A DNA stretch of 64,000 bases from Thermodesulfobacteriota bacterium. Lineage in GTDB: Bacteria > Desulfobacterota_D > UBA1144 > Nemesobacterales > Mycalebacteriaceae. The notes under the pieces are model-generated. The model was not told where the DNA came from and did not search any database. It was given only the letters and a program-made list of their open reading frames with translations. The stretch is taken from contig OZ242184.1 in the NCBI GenBank assembly GCA_965205855.1, positions 1,120,001 to 1,184,000 of the forward strand, read 5' to 3'. Below are positions 58,917-64,000 of this stretch, one piece after another. Every line of letters begins with the position of its first letter. The stretch's first letter is position 1. The position numbers were made by a program, and so were the translations under genes.

Positions 58917-60401
58917 GTGTTAAGGTTTTTTTCAATTATTTCAGCGCTATGCGTTGTGTTTCTCCCCAATACCTCATATGCAGGATTTGACGAATCCATA
59001 GAAAGGACTATAAGACCCATATCGGACTTTATGCTGCAATGGGTTTTCTATTCGGTTCCGGTTTTCGGATCCGATGTCAAACTCATTGTCGCCCTGCTTC
59101 TCGGCTCTGGAGTTTTCTGCACTTTCTATTTTCGATTTATAAACATAAGGGGATTCCGCCGAGCCGTAGAACTTGTGACCGGAAAATTTGACACCGCAAG
59201 CGACCCCGGAGAGATATCACATTTTCAGGCTCTCACAACCGCTCTTTCCGCAACCATAGGCCTTGGCAACATCGCGGGAGTCGCCATTGCTGTTTCAAAA
59301 GGCGGACCCGGGGCGACATTCTGGATGATAGTCGCGGGATTTCTCGGAATGTCCCTGAAGTTCTGCGAGTGCACTCTGGCCGTCAAATACAGAAAAGAAA
59401 ATCCGGACGGCTCGGTTTCGGGCGGTCCGATGTACTACCTTTCACAAGGTTTGGGGGAAATTGGGAAGAAAAATCTTGGAAAAGTGCTTGCGGTATTTTT
59501 CGCAATTTTCTGCATAGGCGGATCAATAGGCGCCGGATGTATGTTTCAGGCAAACCAGCTGTTCAAACAGGTTTTATATGTCACGGGCGAACCGGCAATG
59601 CTGTCCGGGTGGCTTTTCGGTATTGTAGTCGCGGCGTTGGTCGCATTGGTGATAATCGGCGGGATTAGGAAAATAGCCAGAGTAACTTCCAAACTTGTTC
59701 CGTTTATGACGGTTTTATACCTTACGGCGGCCGGCGTAGTAATTGCGTTTTATATTGAGCGGGTGCCCGAAGCCGTGGGAATTATGTTGAGCGGCGCTTT
59801 CACACCGGAGGGTGTGGAGGGTGGAGTGCTGGGGGTGATGACATGGGGATTTCAGAGAGCCGTATTTTCCAACGAAGCGGGAATCGGTTCGGCGGCCATA
59901 GCTCACAGCGCGGTTAAAACCAAATATCCCGCGACCGAGGGGCTGGTCTCTATCATCGGGCCGTTTGTGGACACCATTATCATCTGCACCATGACTGCTC
60001 TTGTAATAGTCATGGCGGGAACCTACAAAATGTCCGGGGGTGAAATTGGCGGGATTGAGATAACATCCGCAGCTTTCGCGTCTTCAATAAGTTGGTTTCC
60101 GTACGTTCTGGCTCTTGTGGTAATGATATTCGCTTTCTCTACGATGATATCGTGGAGTTACTACGGAATGAAATCCTGGACTTTTCTGTTCGGCGAAACT
60201 AAAGCAAACAGACTCACCTTCAATATGCTGTTCTGTGTTTTTATCGTAATCGGTTCGGCGGTCAGTCTGTCATCGGTCATAAACATCACGGACGCGATGA
60301 TATTCCTTATGGGAGTTGTCAATATGACCGGGGTTTTTCTGCTGATAAGAAAAGTCAGAGAGGATTTGCAATCCTACACTGACACCACAAAGGGCCTCTA
60401 A
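58917..60401 (+). CDS. Alanine/glycine:cation symporter (AGCS family)
   Basis: SHFQAL..ALSATIGLGNIAGV, GGPGA.FWM, GGPMYY, FSNEAG.GS; start uncertain (GTG 58917 follows TTGACA-16-TACTAT at 58854-58881). Confidence 0.93.
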   Translation: MLRFFSIISALCVVFLPNTSYAGFDESIERTIRPISDFMLQWVFYSVPVFGSDVKLIVALLLGSGVFCTFYFRFINIRGFRRAVELVTGKFDTASDPGEISHFQALTTALSATIGLGNIAGVAIAVSKGGPGATFWMIVAGFLGMSLKFCECTLAVKYRKENPDGSVSGGPMYYLSQGLGEIGKKNLGKVLAVFFAIFCIGGSIGAGCMFQANQLFKQVLYVTGEPAMLSGWLFGIVVAALVALVIIGGIRKIARVTSKLVPFMTVLYLTAAGVVIAFYIERVPEAVGIMLSGAFTPEGVEGGVLGVMTWGFQRAVFSNEAGIGSAAIAHSAVKTKYPATEGLVSIIGPFVDTIIICTMTALVIVMAGTYKMSGGEIGGIEITSAAFASSISWFPYVLALVVMIFAFSTMISWSYYGMKSWTFLFGETKANRLTFNMLFCVFIVIGSAVSLSSVINITDAMIFLMGVVNMTGVFLLIRKVREDLQSYTDTTKGL

Positions 60402-61699
60402 AATCCCTTACGCAGGTATCGTCCCCTGACTATTCTGAATATATCTTCCAACTGGTGGATGAAAATACCGACAAGGCCAAGCGTTGTTATGCCAAGAACC
60501 CAGGGATAGCCTCCCATAGCGGCAAAAAAGACAAAAGCCAAAGAGTAAAGATTTCTTCTCATTACCGGACGCAGAAAAGCCAGCAAACGCCTGACGAGAG
60601 AGAGAGTTTCGTTTCCGACAATCTCATCAACACGGTGATATGAAACCAGACTGCCCGAATGCGTATAGCGAACCATAAAAATGAAAGACCATATAAGAAA
60701 AAACACAAAGACGGATATGTTTACCAGACCCAGGAAAAGAGCAAGAGACTGATTCTCGCCGTGCAGGTAGTAGCCTATGGGAACGCTGATAACAAAACCG
60801 GCTATTGTTATCTGATCACTTATGGTATCCACCCATTCTCCTCTTTTTGTTTCAAGAAGTTTTATTCTGGCAACTTCGCCGTCACAACGGTCAAGTATCG
60901 CGGCAATCTGCATAAACACCGCGCCTAGGAGAGGATAACCCGCAAGGTAGGACAAAATACAAGGCACACCCGCCACAATATTGGTCAAAACACTAATATG
61001 ATTGGGAGTCAGGGAGGTTTTCCGCGCAAGCCATGAACTTATCGGCAATGACAGCCTGCCGTTTATATTTCTCGCTATCCAGCCGGTTGCATTTTTACCA
61101 ACACTTGCAAAAAGAAACCGTTGTGCTTCGACAATAACTGCCAGAGTGTTTTCCAGATTCATCGCATACATATCTTCAGGAACCTCGTATTCCTTCATCC
61201 CCTCTTCTCTGTAGCGATCTATCCATCTGAACATATCGCAGTCTTCAACAAGGTCAGAGGTCGCTTCGGGCTCCACAATAACCGCGCCAAGCCTTTTTTC
61301 ATTGTTGCCGTTTGGTGTACCTTCTCCGGAAATTTTCATCAAAACCGCTCCGCCGGATGACGGCTTTTCTTCCAAAAACTTTTCCAGAAGCTGTCTCTTG
61401 ATAAACAGGTTTGACTGCAAGACCAGAATATTACCGCCACCGCGCGCACAACTGTTGAACGCCTTTCCCGGATTTGCGAAGGTTATTTTCGCTTCTCCCG
61501 AAACGGTTTCGGGGAGCATCTCAATCAGCGCGGAGTCCGGTGTGGTTGAAACAACGGTAATATCTTTAACGCCCGCTTTGATACACAAGCGCACAAGCCT
61601 TCGAAGTTGCGTAAGGCCTCCTATTGAAATTGCAGAGAAATCCTTGAGGGACTCGCCGCTCAAACCGGTCCCGTGAGCCAGAATCAGGGCGTTCGTCAT
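60398..61699 (-). CDS. CDP-alcohol phosphatidyltransferase with degenerate N-terminal nucleotidyltransferase-like domain
   Basis: TPN, DRCDGEVAR...GEWVDTISD CDP-OH motif; N-terminal ALILAHG. Confidence 0.85.
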   Translation of the reverse strand: MTNALILAHGTGLSGESLKDFSAISIGGLTQLRRLVRLCIKAGVKDITVVSTTPDSALIEMLPETVSGEAKITFANPGKAFNSCARGGGNILVLQSNLFIKRQLLEKFLEEKPSSGGAVLMKISGEGTPNGNNEKRLGAVIVEPEATSDLVEDCDMFRWIDRYREEGMKEYEVPEDMYAMNLENTLAVIVEAQRFLFASVGKNATGWIARNINGRLSLPISSWLARKTSLTPNHISVLTNIVAGVPCILSYLAGYPLLGAVFMQIAAILDRCDGEVARIKLLETKRGEWVDTISDQITIAGFVISVPIGYYLHGENQSLALFLGLVNISVFVFFLIWSFIFMVRYTHSGSLVSYHRVDEIVGNETLSLVRRLLAFLRPVMRRNLYSLAFVFFAAMGGYPWVLGITTLGLVGIFIHQLEDIFRIVRGRYLRKGF

Positions 61700-61706
61700 T
61701 GAATGG

Positions 61707-62507
61707 TTAACCCGAAGAAACTATCTTGAGAGGTTTCTTAACATTGGAACCCACAAGCGAAGCACGGCGATAGTTGCGGAATATAAATTTGTCCGAATTG
61801 TTTTTTGCGGCAAACAAGTCTCGTGGATAGTCCACATCCATCCAGAACATGTCGCCTATGTCAAACGGTGTTATCTTGTAACCTTTATTCAAAAGTCTCT
61901 GTATGCAGGAGACATACCATTTCTGGTGGACGTTTCCTCCCCTGATTTCCTCTTCGGAGGCTCTTTTTATCATCTCCACACCCGTGCCCCTGAAAAGTCG
62001 CACTCCCACGGATTCATAATGGATATCATCTTTAATATCTTTTGTTACCAGTGATACATAGCCGCTTTCCAGTCTGATCTTCATGTCCTCTTCATCGTAG
62101 CATTCCTTTTTTTTAACTGGAAGGACTATGTTTTCTCCTCTTGTGTTGATCATTTTATCCAGAATATCTATCTCAAAGATGTCGTCTCCGTTCATTATGA
62201 TAAGGTCATCATCCATCTCTCCCCGCGCCAGACAAAGCGAAACAAGACTGTTTGTGGTTTTATAAAAAGGGTTGTAGATGGTGCTGATCTTCATTCCGAG
62301 ACTGTCGTAGTTGCGAATAAACGACTCAACTTTGTCAAAACCGAAACCGACAACAATAACAACATCATTGATGCCACAGTCTCTTATGTGGTTTATCTGG
62401 TTTCGAAGAATTGAAGTGCCACCCACATTGAGAAGACACTTGGGAACGTGTTCGGTATAGGGACGTAACCTGCTCCCAAGACCCGCGGCAAGAATTATCG
62501 CTTTCAT
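61707..62507 (-). CDS. Phosphocholine/sugar-phosphate cytidylyltransferase (LicC/IPCT-like)
   Basis: AIILAAGLGSRL...PKCLL, NPFY..TN, NGD, EEDMK, WMDVD. Confidence 0.88.
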   Translation of the reverse strand: MKAIILAAGLGSRLRPYTEHVPKCLLNVGGTSILRNQINHIRDCGINDVVIVVGFGFDKVESFIRNYDSLGMKISTIYNPFYKTTNSLVSLCLARGEMDDDLIIMNGDDIFEIDILDKMINTRGENIVLPVKKKECYDEEDMKIRLESGYVSLVTKDIKDDIHYESVGVRLFRGTGVEMIKRASEEEIRGGNVHQKWYVSCIQRLLNKGYKITPFDIGDMFWMDVDYPRDLFAAKNNSDKFIFRNYRRASLVGSNVKKPLKIVSSG

Positions 62508-62548
62508 TGTTTCATTATCTCCAGAAAATAAAGACCGGAAAGGTCTAT

Positions 62549-62578
62549 AAAAAAGGACAGCAATACAAAACGGCTGTC
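62549..62578 (-). terminator. Rho-independent terminator-like hairpin downstream of panD
   Basis: Minus strand GACAGC-11 nt-GCTGTC followed by CTTTTTT. Confidence 0.5.
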
Positions 62579-62621
62579 ACGTTTTCGATATTATCTCTAT
62601 ATACTGAGCAAATTTCAAGAC

Positions 62622-63023
62622 TTATTGTTCATTTTCAATATTCGGTATGGTAAACGCGCAAACTTCATGCTTGATGTCTTTGATGTTGTTATGCTCGTCA
62701 ACATACACGAATTTGGGTCTGTGACTTTTGCATTCGTTCTCGTCATACAGAGCGAAAGTCGCAATTATAAGCGAGTCTCCCTCACGCGCGAGATGAGCGG
62801 CCGCGCCGTTCACGCACACGACATTTGTGCCCCTTTTCCCTTCTATGGCGTAGGTATTAAACCTGTGACCGTTTGTAACATTGAATATTGAAACTTTCTC
62901 ATGAGGAAGCAAATCCGCCGCTTCCATAAGTATCGGGTCAAGAGTCAGACTTCCCTCATACTCAAGGTCCGCCTCAGTGACAAAAGCCTTGTGAATCTTG
63001 GATTTCAGTAAACTTCTTCTGAT
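62622..63023 (-). CDS. panD: Aspartate 1-decarboxylase (apparent ATC start)
   Basis: KSKIH, YEGS (Gly24-Ser25 cleavage site when ATC is residue 1), NG.RF.TY, NGAAA. Confidence 0.95.
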   Translation of the reverse strand: MRRSLLKSKIHKAFVTEADLEYEGSLTLDPILMEAADLLPHEKVSIFNVTNGHRFNTYAIEGKRGTNVVCVNGAAAHLAREGDSLIIATFALYDENECKSHRPKFVYVDEHNNIKDIKHEVCAFTIPNIENEQ

Positions 63024-63037
63024 GGTTAACCTCCTTT

Positions 63038-63883
63038 TTACAACCTCAAGTTGTCTATAAGACGCGCCTTGCCAACTCTGGCGGCAATTGCCACAAGACT
63101 TCCCTTGGACACCTTTTCTGTCGGGACAAGAGTTTCCGGATCGCAAATTTCAAGGTAATCAACCTGAATCCCTCCCTCGCGGGCTATCAAATCCTCACCC
63201 GCCTTCAGAAGTTCCACGCTTTGCCGGGTTCCCGAATCAAAAAGTTGTTTTATTTTAAACAAAATATGCGGAATGACAACCGCCTGTTTTCTCTCACTTT
63301 CGGAAAGATATTCGTTCCGGGAGCTTATCGCAAGACCCGCGCCGTCCCTGACCGTGGGAACGGCAAGAATTTGAACATCGAGGCCAAGATCTTCAACAGC
63401 TCTCTTTATTATCGCGAGTTGCTGGAAATCTTTCTCGCCAAAACCTGCGACCGCAGGTCGGACGATATTGAAAAGTTTGACAACAACCGTTGCGACACCC
63501 TTGAAATGTCCGGGTCTTGAAGCACCGCACAGGAAATTCTGGAGATTTTCAACCTCAACGGAGGTTTGAAAGCCAGCGGGATACATCTCTTCCACAGACG
63601 GAATGAAAACCGCGTCAACTTCGGAGTCTGAGAGTTTATCAATATCGCCCTTTTCATCCCGCTTGTAGTTCTCATAGTCTTCTCCAGCGGAAAACTGGAG
63701 TGGATTGACAAAAATGCTTGCTACGCAAACATCGGCACGTGCGCAAACAGCCTCCACAATCCGCAGATGCCCTTCGTGAATGGCTCCCATGGTCGGGACA
63801 AAGGCAATTTCCCCCCCCTCTCTACGGGCGGCAAACGAGTATTCCCTCATTTCCGCGACCGTTTTGAGAACAGTGCGGGTCAC
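63038..63883 (-). CDS. panC: Pantoate--beta-alanine ligase
   Basis: [42 protein letters not shown]. Confidence 0.97.
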   Translation of the reverse strand: MTRTVLKTVAEMREYSFAARREGGEIAFVPTMGAIHEGHLRIVEAVCARADVCVASIFVNPLQFSAGEDYENYKRDEKGDIDKLSDSEVDAVFIPSVEEMYPAGFQTSVEVENLQNFLCGASRPGHFKGVATVVVKLFNIVRPAVAGFGEKDFQQLAIIKRAVEDLGLDVQILAVPTVRDGAGLAISSRNEYLSESERKQAVVIPHILFKIKQLFDSGTRQSVELLKAGEDLIAREGGIQVDYLEICDPETLVPTEKVSKGSLVAIAARVGKARLIDNLRL

Positions 63884-64000
63884 TTTTTCCCCTCCGGTGC
63901 GGGGAATATCCCCTCCCTGACTTCATAAGCGTATCTTTCGGTCGCGTCCGCAAACATCTTTCTCGCTTCGGCGTATTGCTTCACAAAACCCGCAACGGAA
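63880..64000 (-). CDS. panB: 3' end of ketopantoate hydroxymethyltransferase (partial)
   Basis: Minus-strand frame ...[36 protein letters not shown]; GTGA overlap with panC. Confidence 0.8.
   Translation of the reverse strand, partial: SVAGFVKQYAEARKMFADATERYAYEVREGIFPAPEGKK

Overview
A compact, gene-dense bacterial chromosome segment of moderate GC, made up mostly of housekeeping genes: ccmABC, aroC, era, sucAB, recG, topA, ugd, hemW, eno, leuCD, an hpf-ptsN-hprK-rapZ cluster, ccr, trpS, sulfite reductase, rpsB-tsf-pyrH-frr, serS, ald, bamD, mtnA, dksA and panBCD. It also carries tRNA-Arg(ACG) and tRNA-Ser(TGA). Gene content suggests a streamlined diderm, deltaproteobacteria-like organism (inference only). 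AT-rich accessory DNA sits at three convergent gene junctions (about 8.0-8.4, 34.4-40.0 and 44.9-45.2 kb). Main observations: (1) an integrase-free island at 34.3-40.0 kb in which three defence-like cassettes are each preceded by a copy of the 3' end of the upstream HAD gene, each copy ending in a different stop codon, with mirror-image G/C skew in the flanking gene ends; (2) a tandem pair of FmdB-type zinc-ribbon proteins split by a homologous ~75-aa inserted domain; (3) a lipid kinase-acyltransferase operon ending in a 554-aa protein with a cryptic class II aldolase-type metal site; (4) panD apparently starting at a non-canonical ATC codon; (5) a possible leader peptide or attenuator upstream of leuC; (6) a sulfite reductase CDS that ends inside an antisense tRNA. 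All calls come from motif recognition and hand alignment; no database searches were run.
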